Source: Thermoproteota archaeon (GTDB lineage Archaea > Thermoproteota > Thermoprotei > Thermofilales > B9-G17). Taken from it: a stretch of 64,000 nucleotides of DNA. The first letter of the stretch is position 1; every line of letters begins with the position of its first letter. The stretch covers positions 352,001 through 416,000 of the forward strand of contig JAPDJW010000002.1 in assembly GCA_029258885.1 (NCBI GenBank). Direction: 5' to 3'. This document shows, piece after piece, positions 1-10,430 of the stretch. Under the pieces are notes generated by a model, which was not told the origin of the DNA, searched no databases, and saw only the letters and a program-made list of their open reading frames with translations. The translations under genes were made by a program, and so were the position numbers.

Positions 1-485
1 ATATAGGCGTAAAAGGCGTTAAAGGGAGCTATAGCTGGATGAGTCCGTCTAGCTCCAAAGGATATAACTGGAGTATCCCTACCAGCCGCTTTCTTACACC
101 TAGCCGCCTTAGTAGCTATACCCGATCCAGTAGCTAGGAACCCTAAAAGCGGCGTCTCGTACTCGATAAACTCGCCGTACGGCCCTTCAATAGCCATTAT
201 GGGAATCTTAACTCCATAGTAATCCCTTTTATATATCACCGATCCCTCTGGGAAAGAATATACATTAATCTTTAGTCCCTCCAGTAGCTTAGCTGCATCT
301 CTAACTCCTCCAAGAATTCCCCAGTAGTAATCCTCAGGCATAGAGCTTATCGTAAGCTCGGCATATACCTCCGTCCTATCCAGCTTATCGTCCTCAAGAA
401 TTCTCCTAGTCCTCAAGAAGTAGACGTCGGTTACAGCAGCGTGTTTCACCTCATCGAAGCTAGCGTAAATAAAGGAATTAGTCAA
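1..485 (-). CDS. pncB: Nicotinate phosphoribosyltransferase, 5' part (runs off the window edge)
   Basis: Not in the ORF track. Manual translation from TTG 485 (GGTGA RBS 5 nt upstream) gives MTNSFIYASFDEVKHAAVTDVYFLRT...IEGPYGEFIEYETPLLG...ATKAARC...ISFGARRTHP, which are archaeal NAPRTase motifs. Confidence 0.85.
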   Translation of the reverse strand, partial: MTNSFIYASFDEVKHAAVTDVYFLRTRRILEDDKLDRTEVYAELTISSMPEDYYWGILGGVRDAAKLLEGLKINVYSFPEGSVIYKRDYYGVKIPIMAIEGPYGEFIEYETPLLGFLATGSGIATKAARCKKAAGRDTPVISFGARRTHPAIAPFNAFYAY

Positions 486-579
486 ATAAATCACCAATAT
501 GCGTAGAAAGTAAGCTTGCTTATATTGTTTATTATTCCATATTGAAATTTTTCACGAAACATTTTAGGTAGCATAATCT

Positions 580-822
580 TTACTCTTCAGTAAGCAGTTT
601 TTCATTCAAAAATAGCATTAATCTTCCATTATATCGTTGGATAGATACTAGGCCAACCCTGCTTAAAATAAGAAGGTGGCTCGATATTTTGCCAGGGCTT
701 ATGTTTAAATCCTTAGCCAGCTTTTTAATCGAAATTCCGGGGTTTTCCATTAGATATAGGATTATTTCCCTCCGCTCCGGATTTCCGAGGGCGTCGCTAA
801 TCGAAAGAACTTTTCTAGGCAA
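580..822 (-). CDS. ArsR-like winged-helix transcriptional regulator
   Basis: ALGNPERREIILYL...PGISIKKLAKDLNISPGKISSHLLILSRVGLV wHTH pattern. Confidence 0.75.
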   Translation of the reverse strand: MPRKVLSISDALGNPERREIILYLMENPGISIKKLAKDLNISPGKISSHLLILSRVGLVSIQRYNGRLMLFLNEKLLTEE

Positions 823-943
823 TGCAGTTCACCGCCAACGTTACAACGCGTTGTTGTATACCTTATACCGGACTTCTGATATAAGGCTTTATACGTTCAA
901 GGTTATAGAATATTTACTTCTACTGTTTTATCCCATCACTATC

Positions 944-1615
944 TCAGAATGTTATAAATACTTTAACTAGGCTACCATCACTTAATCCAAGTTTTTCCCT
1001 CAGGTTATAGGGCGATATTATCTCTATAACATCAGGGCCATAATGTGTTCTCTCTATTAGCAGAACGGCTCCCTCAATTTCCCCCTCAATTGAAGCCTTA
1101 AAACACTTTACGCCGCCATATCTCCTAAACTTGTTCCTGTAGCCCGGTATGCCTATACCCTCCATAACCTCGAGCATCTTTCTAACTTTAATGCTATCTG
1201 GGGTAAGCCTTAAGTTGAGCGTCCCCGGATACGGCTCGAAGCCCAGCACCTCCTTAAACTTCCTCATATAGTATGGTATCGACACGTAGTAACGGCCCTC
1301 GCCAAACCCAGTGAATACTCTGCCCTTCAACATAAGTATTTCTATCTCACCTTTAAAGCACCTATTAAGGTCAAAATACACCTTATATAGATAGTCCCTG
1401 CCCTTCTGAGTTAACAGAATATACTGCCCTCTATTGGTAACTCTCCTTTCAATATAGCCCAGCTTTTCAAGCTCTATAAGCCTCCTAGAGGCATTTTGCT
1501 GTGACATCTTTAATAATAGGGCAAGATCCTTCGAGCTTACCAGCTTCTTATCGTTTATACATCCTAGACAGGCTAGCTTATACAGCGTAAATAGTATACT
1601 CTCCTCCTTCACCAT
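944..1615 (-). CDS. ribK: CTP-dependent riboflavin kinase with N-terminal wHTH (RbkR type)
   Basis: N-terminal SQQNASRRLIELEKLGYIER wHTH; C-terminal GRVFTGFGEGRYY, GFEPYPGTLNL, ERTHYGPDVIEII motifs. Confidence 0.92.
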   Translation of the reverse strand: MVKEESILFTLYKLACLGCINDKKLVSSKDLALLLKMSQQNASRRLIELEKLGYIERRVTNRGQYILLTQKGRDYLYKVYFDLNRCFKGEIEILMLKGRVFTGFGEGRYYVSIPYYMRKFKEVLGFEPYPGTLNLRLTPDSIKVRKMLEVMEGIGIPGYRNKFRRYGGVKCFKASIEGEIEGAVLLIERTHYGPDVIEIISPYNLREKLGLSDGSLVKVFITF

Positions 1616-1635
1616 GTTTCTAATTACGTATTGCC

Positions 1636-2112
1636 TTATGAAATAATTATCTCCTCATCGTCTTCGCTTGACCTAAGTATTCTAATGGATTGTACTCCAA
1701 CTATTCCAAGGGCGAAAAGCACTACGGGGTTGTTTTTAAGGGATGCTAGGGACGCGCTTACTCCGCAGGCAGCTATCTCCGTTATACACGTTACTATAAG
1801 GTTCAGGTTATTGACTATGGCTAGCGTAATTATGAGCGCCAGCATTATTGAGAATGGATGCAATGGTTTCACGTTAAGCTTATACAGTATCCAGGAGTAG
1901 AGTAGCGCTATAAACGCTATAGCATGGATTATTCCCGATATGAACGCTATCCATATTGGCAGGAAAATATTTGAAATTCTTCCAGTGAAGAAGAGCTCTA
2001 GCAGCAGATATGCGAGGCTTACATTAATAGCCGTTATAGTAGCGTTCAGGCTAAATCTAAATAATTTCGTTGTTCTCTCGTCTTCGAAAGGCTCCCTTAT
2101 AAACTCCAGCAT
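1636..2112 (-). CDS. Hypothetical integral membrane protein
   Basis: About 4-5 hydrophobic segments; directly upstream of and co-oriented with ribK. Confidence 0.6.
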   Translation of the reverse strand: MLEFIREPFEDERTTKLFRFSLNATITAINVSLAYLLLELFFTGRISNIFLPIWIAFISGIIHAIAFIALLYSWILYKLNVKPLHPFSIMLALIITLAIVNNLNLIVTCITEIAACGVSASLASLKNNPVVLFALGIVGVQSIRILRSSEDDEEIIIS

Positions 2113-2225
2113 AAATTCTGCACCAGAATTAAAGCTCCTAATAACAACCTATTTATTTTCTCAACACGATTAATGAGATATATTAAAGTATTATCCATAG
2201 ATATATAGCTTGAGAGTGTGTACAT

Positions 2226-2777
2226 ATGAATCGACCGCTAATATTGCTCCAGCCGTTAGGTACTGTGGATGTAAACCTGTTAAAATATCTGAAGGAGGGC
2301 ATAGAGGAGAGGCTTGACGTACGCGTAGTATTATCAGCCATGAAGATGGATGTTCCGGAGGATGCCTACGTTAAATCTAGGAGGCAGTATGTTTCAGAGA
2401 AAATAATCATGTATCTGCGTGATAAAACGATAAAACTTAACTACGATAGGGTGCTTGGAGTAGCAGATGTGGATGCTTTTTCTCCAGGTCTAAACTTCGT
2501 CTTCGGGCAGGCGTGGAGAAGCTATGCTGTAATATATCTGCCTAGATTAAGGCAGGAGTTCTATAAAATAAAGCCCAATCCTGAGCTGTTTAAGTTGAGG
2601 GCTTTAAAGGAGGCTCTACACGAACTCGGCCATACGTTCGGCTTAATGCATTGTCCAAACAGCTACTGCGTAATGCACTTCAGCAACAGCATAGTTGACA
2701 CAGATATGAAGAAGGCCGAATACTGCTTCAACTGTAGGTTTAAGTTGGCAGTAACGGGCATAAGAGTTAAGACTTGA
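2226..2777 (+). CDS. amzA: Archaemetzincin Zn metalloprotease (M54)
   Basis: HELGHTFGLMHC...CVMHFSNS...DxK...C..C signature; GLNFVFG motif. Confidence 0.92.
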   Translation: MNRPLILLQPLGTVDVNLLKYLKEGIEERLDVRVVLSAMKMDVPEDAYVKSRRQYVSEKIIMYLRDKTIKLNYDRVLGVADVDAFSPGLNFVFGQAWRSYAVIYLPRLRQEFYKIKPNPELFKLRALKEALHELGHTFGLMHCPNSYCVMHFSNSIVDTDMKKAEYCFNCRFKLAVTGIRVKT

Positions 2778-3651
2778 GGGTAAAGTACCTCAATGCATCC
2801 GTTATATTGGCGACTTCTCTTACCGTTATATTATAGCCCATGCTTCGTAGCTCCTCTTCAAGGCTAACAGTCCTGCTCTTATAAGTTATAAGAACTACTC
2901 CAGGGGCAATGTTCTTCTTCACAGGAATATATTTGACTATCTTCGACTGCCCCTTTGGTACCAGAAATAGCGTTATGTTTCTTTTAGCTGCAGCAAGCGC
3001 TTTTTCATATACTCCTCCAACGGGACCTATACTTCCATCGGATAGTATGGTTCCTGTTATAGCTACGTCCTTTCTAATTGTAATGTTTCCCAGGAGGGAT
3101 ATTAGGAGCACTGTTATAGCTGCGCCAGCGGATGGGCCATCAACCACGTTAATCGACCTATTAGCCACGATGACTAGCATTACATCGAAGTCGTTTCCAA
3201 CACCGACGTAGTTTCTGGCAACCATATAGGCTATTTCAGCCGACCTCTGGAGGTCTATTCCTATTTTAGGAGTAGTTGATACGAAGACTCTCCCTGAGCC
3301 GGGAACTATCTTAGCGTAAGCCCACATAACCTCTCCAACTAACTCCTTTTCGAAGAAGCTGACGTACCTTACGTATACTCCAACTATAGGTATCCAACCG
3401 TATCCTGCTAGCGAGACGTTTCCAGCATATGGATGCTGGTAGCTCGTGTTTAAAAGCTCAATAGTCTTCTTTAGAACAATAATCTCTTTCTTAAGCTTCT
3501 CATTCTCCTCACTCAAGTACCTAGTATAGTTGAGTAGCTCATTTATCGCCTTATCCTTTTCCTCCAACTTAATGTACATATAGGTATAAGTGAATACGTT
3601 TAATATCAGGGAGATAGCCAGGGCTAAAGCTAGAGCCTTATTCAGCTCCAT
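2767..3651 (-). CDS. Membrane-anchored S16 (Lon C-terminal-like) serine protease
   Basis: N-terminal TM helix and coiled coil; VDGPSAG catalytic Ser; TGTILSDGSIGPVGGVYEK catalytic Lys region. Confidence 0.88.
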   Translation of the reverse strand: MELNKALALALAISLILNVFTYTYMYIKLEEKDKAINELLNYTRYLSEENEKLKKEIIVLKKTIELLNTSYQHPYAGNVSLAGYGWIPIVGVYVRYVSFFEKELVGEVMWAYAKIVPGSGRVFVSTTPKIGIDLQRSAEIAYMVARNYVGVGNDFDVMLVIVANRSINVVDGPSAGAAITVLLISLLGNITIRKDVAITGTILSDGSIGPVGGVYEKALAAAKRNITLFLVPKGQSKIVKYIPVKKNIAPGVVLITYKSRTVSLEEELRSMGYNITVREVANITDALRYFTLKS

Positions 3652-4372
3652 GTCCAGCGCCCCGACTTAAGTACATCCTCTTTAAAATTGGTATACTCTC
3701 AATCTTATCCTTATCGAGCTTATCCCAGTATATCCCCCTAGGCTTCGGATACTTACCCAACGTCTTAATGTATCTATTAGGAGTAAATATTGCGTCCACG
3801 GGAACATCGTGTACATCCATTGGAATATATTCGACTATCTGTATCTCATGCACGCTGGTAACGACTGGAGTATTTTCACCTATAGCTCCGATCTCCCGCA
3901 GAATAGCGTATTCTAAATCGGAGTATCCACCACCTTTACCGAGCTTTGCTCCCTCGATAGTCACAGCAACACAACCAGTAACCTTCAAATCTATAGTTAA
4001 GCCGCTCAGGTCGTCCGTAACCTTACCGTATTTAAACGCTCCAGCTATTGTGGAGGCATATCTTTCCTTCCCCCTCGGAACGTCCCCCCTCCTAATTACT
4101 ATGAATCCCTGCCTTAGCCTAGGGGATGCCATAATCAAAGTTTTTCCACCTAGAATTACATGCTCCCTAACTATGCGTTGGGGGGAGTCAGGGTTGCAGA
4201 ACACCACCTTAGCTTCATCGAAGTATTTGGATCTCACCAGCCTCAGGCCAGCTCTATTACTGCCCCTAAAGTTCGGGATCCTATGGTAGACTGGCCTAGG
4301 GAATATTGCTATGTTTTTCTCCTCCATGGTTTTCCATATATATTTGCGTATATCTTCCTTGTTCACGTACAT
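3638..4372 (-). CDS. 5-formyltetrahydrofolate cyclo-ligase family protein (MTHFSD-like)
   Basis: FPRPVYHRIPNF, NPDSPQ, KLGKGGGYSDLEY, VHEIQ, HDVPVD motifs. Confidence 0.88.
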   Translation of the reverse strand: MYVNKEDIRKYIWKTMEEKNIAIFPRPVYHRIPNFRGSNRAGLRLVRSKYFDEAKVVFCNPDSPQRIVREHVILGGKTLIMASPRLRQGFIVIRRGDVPRGKERYASTIAGAFKYGKVTDDLSGLTIDLKVTGCVAVTIEGAKLGKGGGYSDLEYAILREIGAIGENTPVVTSVHEIQIVEYIPMDVHDVPVDAIFTPNRYIKTLGKYPKPRGIYWDKLDKDKIESIPILKRMYLSRGAGHGAE

Positions 4373-4531
4373 ACCCTATACTTCATTTAAACGATAATGT
4401 ACATAACGCTCCCGTATATATTTTTTGAGCATATAACTGAAAGAAAAGATGATTGATGTTCAATTTTATTTTAAAATAATCATACAAGAATATTGGATGT
4501 GGGGATTAGTTTCCTATAATTAAGATAATAG

Positions 4532-4780
4532 GTGTATATTGTTCGGGTGATATGGATGGTGAGGAAGAGGTATGGGAAAAACATGATATTAATAACTGTT
4601 CATATAACGGAGCAGCAGCTAAGGGCGCTGGATAAGCTGGTGCAGATGAGAATATTCCCCAGCAGAAGCGAGGCAATAAGGACAGCTATCAGGGAGCTAA
4701 TAGACAGGTATCTGTCAGGGTATAGGGAGACTCCGGTGACGATGGGCGGCTTTGGTTCATATTTAACTCCTGGTCCTTAG
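4532..4780 (+). CDS. Ribbon-helix-helix (CopG/MetJ) regulator; true start probably the internal ATG (MILITVHIT...)
   Basis: ITVHITEQQLRALDKLV...FPSRSEAIRTAIRELI RHH pattern. Confidence 0.8.
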   Translation: MYIVRVIWMVRKRYGKNMILITVHITEQQLRALDKLVQMRIFPSRSEAIRTAIRELIDRYLSGYRETPVTMGGFGSYLTPGP

Positions 4781-4834
4781 TTCGCCATAACTTTTAGGCT
4801 AAACTTAATTTTCTCTATTTTCTATTTTTTATTT

Positions 4835-6355
4835 ATGTTTACATATGATTCTATACTATCCAGCCACATGAGGGCTATTGAGGATAACTGTGAATGGCTT
4901 GGCATATCTAAGCTCATTTTAATGGAGAATGCTGGTAAATCCATATTCAACGAGGTTTCCCGGAGATTTAAGAGCCTAAAAGGGCTAGGGGTACTCATTG
5001 TCTGTGGAACAGGAAACAACGGTGGAGACGGATTTGTAGCTGCTAGACATCTATCCGCATCAGGAGCCAGCGTTACTGTAATTCTAGTTGGATCAGGTAA
5101 GGATATTAGGACGCATGAAGCAAGAACAAACTTCAATATATTGAGGAATATGGAGCATACGGTGAGAATACTCGAGGTAAAGAGCATCAATGATCTAAGT
5201 AAGGTCGAGGAATTCTTTGCCGGGGCGCAGGTTATTATTGACGCTATATTTGGAACAGGATTAAAGGGCGAGGTTAGAGAGCCGTATAGGTCGGCTATAA
5301 ACCTTATAAACTCAAGTAAAGCTGTTAAGATAGCTGTAGATGTGCCATCAGGCCTTAATCCGGATACGGGAGAGGTTCACGGGGTATGTGTAAAGGCTGA
5401 TGTAACAGTAACTTTCCATAGAGTTAAGCATGGATTAACTTTAAACAGGGAGTATGCTGGCGAGATAGTGGTTGCCAACATAGGGATACCGCTGGAAGCG
5501 GAGCTTTTCGTGGGGCCTGGAGACCTAAAATCCATATACAGGCCTAGAAGCCCGTATTCAAAGAAGGGCGATAACGGGAGAATACTGGTGGTTGGGGGAT
5601 CCGAGGACTACGCCGGTGCTCCAGCGCTTGTAGCATTAGCTTCACTTAGAGCTGGCGCTGATCTAGCTATCGTAGCGGCTCCGGTATCGGTTGCGAATGT
5701 TATTAGGAGCTATTCGCCTAATCTCATAGTTAGGGAGCTATGCGACAAGAATCTCTGTCCCGCCGATATATCATATGTACTGAATTTGGCTGAAAAATGT
5801 GATGTAATGGTTATAGGGCCTGGGCTTGGATTAAGGGAGGAAACAGTGGTAGCTGTATCCGAAATAATTAAACGATCTAGAAAGCCGATGGTCATAGACG
5901 CCGATGCACTGAAAGTTCTATCCCAAGATCTTAATATGGTTAAGGGTAAGAGCGCCGTATTGACGCCGCATGCGGGCGAGTTTGCAAAGCTGACGGGAGT
6001 CACTCTGGGGCCAGAGTATAGAGAGAGGATGGAGCCTGTGAGGAGCCTAGCTCAAGAGCTCAATGTAGTTGTTTTATTGAAGGGACACTACGATGTAATA
6101 TCTGACGGCAGGAGGATAAAGGTTAATAGGACGGGCACTTCTGCAATGACTGTTGGAGGCACAGGGGACGTATTATCCGGGTTAACTGCAACCTTAATTG
6201 CACAGACGGGGGACCTATTTGGATCAGCCTGTGTTGCGGCCTTTATTAACGGTATTGCTGGTGAGCTGGCCGAGGAGAGATATGGAGCACGTATACTAGC
6301 TACCGATGTTATAGATATGATACCTTATGCCTTTAAGAAGATCCTAGAGGGGTAG
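4835..6355 (+). CDS. nnr: Bifunctional NAD(P)HX epimerase/dehydratase (YjeF family)
   Basis: LMENAG, GTGNNGGDG, DAIFGTG, VDVPSG; C-domain KGDNG, GPGLG, TPHAGEF, GGTGDVLSG. Confidence 0.95.
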   Translation: MFTYDSILSSHMRAIEDNCEWLGISKLILMENAGKSIFNEVSRRFKSLKGLGVLIVCGTGNNGGDGFVAARHLSASGASVTVILVGSGKDIRTHEARTNFNILRNMEHTVRILEVKSINDLSKVEEFFAGAQVIIDAIFGTGLKGEVREPYRSAINLINSSKAVKIAVDVPSGLNPDTGEVHGVCVKADVTVTFHRVKHGLTLNREYAGEIVVANIGIPLEAELFVGPGDLKSIYRPRSPYSKKGDNGRILVVGGSEDYAGAPALVALASLRAGADLAIVAAPVSVANVIRSYSPNLIVRELCDKNLCPADISYVLNLAEKCDVMVIGPGLGLREETVVAVSEIIKRSRKPMVIDADALKVLSQDLNMVKGKSAVLTPHAGEFAKLTGVTLGPEYRERMEPVRSLAQELNVVVLLKGHYDVISDGRRIKVNRTGTSAMTVGGTGDVLSGLTATLIAQTGDLFGSACVAAFINGIAGELAEERYGARILATDVIDMIPYAFKKILEG

Positions 6356-7537
6356 GTATTCCCTATATATCCATCCTCTATTAGGGTCGAAGTTATCCTT
6401 TGGTAGAGGCTTCCACGTATAGCTTTCAGGCGGCAGAAACATTACCATGAATTTCTCTATGCCAAAGCTCTCTGATAAATCGCTTGCCGTAAACTTAAGT
6501 AGTTTTCCCAGATCATCTACTGGAACATCGAGTACTGCGAAGAGGACGTTTCTCCTAAGTTCCTTAGCCATAGATACGACGTACGGCGTCTCCCTAAGAA
6601 CTCCAGCGAATGTTGCTAGGTCGTCGAATCTCCTAAAGTTATATACAAATAATAGCCTATTAGATGTTCCAGGCATAAACCTCGGGAAATCCACCATATA
6701 CTCCTTAACGAGTGTTTCATCAACGTGTTCATCATAGTGATATTTAATGAGCGATCTGCTTACCCCCTCTCTTTTAGCTATCTTCGCCAGCCTCGTGGTG
6801 GCATCAACCTCCAGTGCCCATATGATAGCTATATCCAGGTAGTCTGCCTGTATCCTGAAGTATTCTGGCTCCTCAAACTCCTCCTCAACTATCTTTTCCT
6901 CCCTAATCCTTGATACGAACCTCTCTAAGTTAAATCTCCAATTCCTTTTTCTAACACTGAAGTACCTAAAGTTCGGTAGATAATACTTAAAATTTGAAGT
7001 ATAGTATATTCTGTAGTCCTCTATAATCCCTCGTTCGCTTATAGTTGCAATAAATTTCTCAAAATACTTTATTCGATCAATGGGTATAGTAAACCAAGCA
7101 TATAGCCCGTTGATAGCGCCGTAGCACTCCATAATCTCATGAAGATAGTCATGTTTAGCTAAGACTTCCTTAGCCTTATTCATACTTCTTAGGGGAGAAG
7201 TTGATAGAACTACGACATTTATGAGGCCGAGTAGATGGTATTCAGGAACTGCCCTAACGGTCAGTAATTTATCTTTTCTAAGCCTAACGTATCTTGAATG
7301 TACAGTTCTCTTTGGAGCATTAATGTTCCTAGCTATAGCCGATAGATTCCTGGGACCTATAATCTTAATCTCCTTAATAATTTTAATATTAAGTTCATCA
7401 AGGTGGCCCATAACCTTAGCGAAAATGCCGGGTTCAAGAGTTAGGGTCTTCTTCCTCCTCATGAGAACACCAGCACACTTTAAGATATTCATCTTAAGAA
7501 TATAAAACTTTCCAAAAGAAAGAATCGTTTGTATCAA
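6344..7537 (-). CDS. Large Lrp/AsnC-like regulator with two wHTH-effector repeats; start probably MRRKKT (~7462)
   Basis: Two HTH segments (GPRNLSAIARNINAPKRTVHSRY; DATTRLAKIAKREGVSRSLIKYHY), each followed by a beta-alpha domain. Confidence 0.6.
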   Translation of the reverse strand: MIQTILSFGKFYILKMNILKCAGVLMRRKKTLTLEPGIFAKVMGHLDELNIKIIKEIKIIGPRNLSAIARNINAPKRTVHSRYVRLRKDKLLTVRAVPEYHLLGLINVVVLSTSPLRSMNKAKEVLAKHDYLHEIMECYGAINGLYAWFTIPIDRIKYFEKFIATISERGIIEDYRIYYTSNFKYYLPNFRYFSVRKRNWRFNLERFVSRIREEKIVEEEFEEPEYFRIQADYLDIAIIWALEVDATTRLAKIAKREGVSRSLIKYHYDEHVDETLVKEYMVDFPRFMPGTSNRLLFVYNFRRFDDLATFAGVLRETPYVVSMAKELRRNVLFAVLDVPVDDLGKLLKFTASDLSESFGIEKFMVMFLPPESYTWKPLPKDNFDPNRGWIYREYLPL

Positions 7538-7564
7538 TAGCAGGATACTAGGAGCAATATTTTC

Positions 7565-7891
7565 TTATTCAACAGGAGTGCCTGGCGGGACTTCACTATC
7601 GGTTGTTAGGAGAACCGGTTTACCGTCAGCAACTGCCGCTAAAAGCATACCGTGGGACACTATCCCCCTAATCACTTTAGGCTTAAGGTTAGTCACCACA
7701 ACTATATTCTTGCCAATTAATTCCTCAGGCTTATAGTATTCAGCTATACCGGCGACAAGCTGTCTAGTTTCAGCGCCTAAATCCACCTCAATTCTAAGTA
7801 ACTTAGATGTTCCCGGTATTCTCTCAGCAGAAACCACTTTACCAACTTTAAGCTCCACCTTTTTAAACTCGTCAAAGGATATATAGCTCAT
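7565..7891 (-). CDS. Stand-alone tRNA-binding OB-fold protein (Trbp111/CsaA/MetRS C-terminal-like)
   Basis: ISFDEFKKVELKVGKV, RQLVAGIA, NLKPKVIRGIVSHGMLLAA. Confidence 0.92.
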   Translation of the reverse strand: MSYISFDEFKKVELKVGKVVSAERIPGTSKLLRIEVDLGAETRQLVAGIAEYYKPEELIGKNIVVVTNLKPKVIRGIVSHGMLLAAVADGKPVLLTTDSEVPPGTPVE

Positions 7892-7987
7892 CCAATCACC
7901 ATAGAAAATAATGTCCAGGTTATACCCTTAAAACTTTAATCATATTCTTCGCCATAAACGAAGCCTTAACTGAGGCTGTTAATTACG

Positions 7988-8854
7988 CTAGCTCCATATT
8001 GATTCATAGTCTTCCTTAAGCCTTTTTCTTGTAATATGAGTATATACCTGCGTAGTCTTAAGACTTGCATGGCCCAGAAGTTCCTGAATTTCTCTAACAT
8101 CCATACCGCGGCTTAGAGCAAAAGTTGCAAAACTATGTCTCAAAATGTGAGGGGTAACTTTCTTCTTTAGGCCAGCTTTTAAGGCTATCCGCTTAAGCCT
8201 CCTTTCAATGGTAACATAGTTTAGCTTCCCCTTCCTCCCCTTCAGCAAGTATTCATCCTGATCTCTCCTCCTTATCATCTTCCTGAGGAATTTCTCGGTT
8301 CTCCTATTGAAGAAGACCTCCCTCTCCTTTCCTCCCTTACCGTAAACTCTAATGCTCCTCTCTCTTAGATCTATATCCTTGATCTTTATGTTAACCAGCT
8401 CGCTTACACGGATACCCGTAGAGTAGAGGAGCAAAATAATGAGCTTATCCTCCAGGCTTTCAGCCGCCTCGAGAAGCTTCAAAACCTCCTCATAAGTGAG
8501 GAACCTCGGCAGAACCTTAGGTCTACGCGGATACTCAAACTTCTTAAGCGGCTCAGTTATCTCATGGTACTCGAGAAACCTCTTAATCGCGACAGCAGCA
8601 GTATAGAGGCTCTTCTCACTGTAGCCGTTTTTCCTTAAGTAAGCTAGAAATCCATCAATATCCTGTATAGTCACCCTCCTAACATCTTTTCCATTTAAGT
8701 ATCTTAAAAATCTACTAATAATGCTCCTAAAAGTTCTTATAGTTTTAATAGATTTATTTCTAGCCAATAAGTGATCGATATACTTCTCTAAAAGCTTCTC
8801 ATTAGCATCCATAGCTGTTCCTATACCACTAGACTTAGAACTCATACCTAACAC
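7988..8854 (-). CDS. xerA: Chromosomal tyrosine recombinase XerA
   Basis: N-terminal SAM domain; STGIRVSEL, GKGGKER, TPHILRHSFAT, IQELLGHASLKTTQVYTH. Confidence 0.88.
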   Translation of the reverse strand: MLGMSSKSSGIGTAMDANEKLLEKYIDHLLARNKSIKTIRTFRSIISRFLRYLNGKDVRRVTIQDIDGFLAYLRKNGYSEKSLYTAAVAIKRFLEYHEITEPLKKFEYPRRPKVLPRFLTYEEVLKLLEAAESLEDKLIILLLYSTGIRVSELVNIKIKDIDLRERSIRVYGKGGKEREVFFNRRTEKFLRKMIRRRDQDEYLLKGRKGKLNYVTIERRLKRIALKAGLKKKVTPHILRHSFATFALSRGMDVREIQELLGHASLKTTQVYTHITRKRLKEDYESIWS

Positions 8855-9316
8855 TATGAAGGGAATGAAGTTTATTAATTTTCTCCAAATTCACATCAAT
8901 ATACGTTCCTATCCTAACGTAGGAGACTAGGGGAAATACGAATTTAAGTTTCCCTTCAAACACCTTAAATACTATATGACCACTTTTCTCTAAGATGAGG
9001 TCCATCCACCTAACGTGTAGCCTAGGAGGACGCATAATTGAATTAACGGTTAAAAGCCTTAGCGAAAATGTTTTCCTGATAGTAGTGGCGGTGTGATAAT
9101 ATTCATAGCCTTAAGAGCTAGAAGAAAGGCTCATCCCTCACTGCCACCTCCTTATCTTCCTAAAGTATATAATATTCTCTTCTCTGAAAAGATAATTTAT
9201 TTTTATATCAGCTCCCTTATTTTCTAAAGGCAATTAACGTATTTATTAAGGTGTAAATCAATTAGTGTAGAAAACATCTAGGGAAAGATATCTAATACAT
9301 TTGGAGGTGCTAAGCT

Positions 9317-10324
9317 ATTGCAGACTATGACCTAGAGATAAGCAAGATAGAGAAATTTGTACAGGAGAATAGGCCAGAAAAAGTATTAATTCAAGCCTCC
9401 GATGGGCTAAAACAGTATCTCCATGATGTTGTGGATACTTTGGAAGGCCTCGGAGTTGAAGCCATACTATATCAGGGACATACCTGGGGCGGATGCGATA
9501 TAGCGTTACATGAAGCTAGAGTATTGGGCATAAAACACATAATTCACGTAGGTCACCACGGCCCCGTAAGAGTAAAAATACCAGACGACATCAAAGTACT
9601 TTTCATACCAGCCTTCTCCAACCTAAGCGTTGAAAAATGCGTCTCTAACGCCATTCAACCTCTATCCGGATACAGGAAAATCGGTCTACTCACATCAATC
9701 CAGCACTACAGGGAGCTGAATAAAGCTAAATCCATACTAGAGGGGGAGGGATTCACAGTAGAAATAGGTTGCAGCAAAAGCATGCCTAGAGGCTTAGTTA
9801 TAGGATGCGACTTAACCACAGCATTAAGTATAAGGGATGAAGTTGAGGCATACCTAGTTATCTCCGGTGGAGTATTCCATCCCTTAGGCGTAGCTATAGC
9901 AACAGAAAAGCCCGTAATAAGGGCAGATCCCTATACGGGTAAAGCAGAGAATATAGCACGAGAGGCTGAGAAGGTTATCAGGCTTAGATTATCCAGCATA
10001 GTTAAGGCAATTGACGCGGAAAACTTCGCTATACTCGTATCAACTAAGCCAGGCCAATACCTCCTATCGAAGGCTATTGAAATCAAAAAGAGGCTAACTG
10101 ATAATGGTAAGAAAGCCTCCATTCTACTGCTCAACGATATAGACCCACTGCAGCTGGAGAACTTCCCTCAATTCGAAGCCTACATTAACACAGCGTGCCC
10201 ACGTGTCCCAATAGATGACTACCAGCTATTCCGCAAGCCGATAATAAACCTTCATGAGGTAGAGTATATCATAAGGGAGAAAATTGAAGATTACATAGGC
10301 TATAAATCCATAAAATACCCCTAG
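9317..10324 (+). CDS. dph2: Diphthamide biosynthesis enzyme Dph2; apparent ATT start
   Basis: WGGCD, HVGH, IGCD, NTACPR Fe-S motifs. The frame is open upstream of track start 9431 to ATT 9317 and encodes the conserved YDLE...VLIQASDGLK N-terminus; GGAGGTG RBS at 9303-9309. Confidence 0.9.
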   Translation: MADYDLEISKIEKFVQENRPEKVLIQASDGLKQYLHDVVDTLEGLGVEAILYQGHTWGGCDIALHEARVLGIKHIIHVGHHGPVRVKIPDDIKVLFIPAFSNLSVEKCVSNAIQPLSGYRKIGLLTSIQHYRELNKAKSILEGEGFTVEIGCSKSMPRGLVIGCDLTTALSIRDEVEAYLVISGGVFHPLGVAIATEKPVIRADPYTGKAENIAREAEKVIRLRLSSIVKAIDAENFAILVSTKPGQYLLSKAIEIKKRLTDNGKKASILLLNDIDPLQLENFPQFEAYINTACPRVPIDDYQLFRKPIINLHEVEYIIREKIEDYIGYKSIKYP

Positions 10325-10430
10325 ATATTTGAATAAATCCACAGCCTATAGGCTCTCGCCTATTCTTCTGGATAGCTGTTACCGTTTAACGAGGGAATTT
10401 AGAGTTCGAACTACATGTATGATAGATTAG

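Noticed and set aside
8835-9110. 66-aa ORF upstream of xerA (frame open ~25 codons further)
   Set aside because: No recognisable motif or RBS; could be a relic but cannot be supported.
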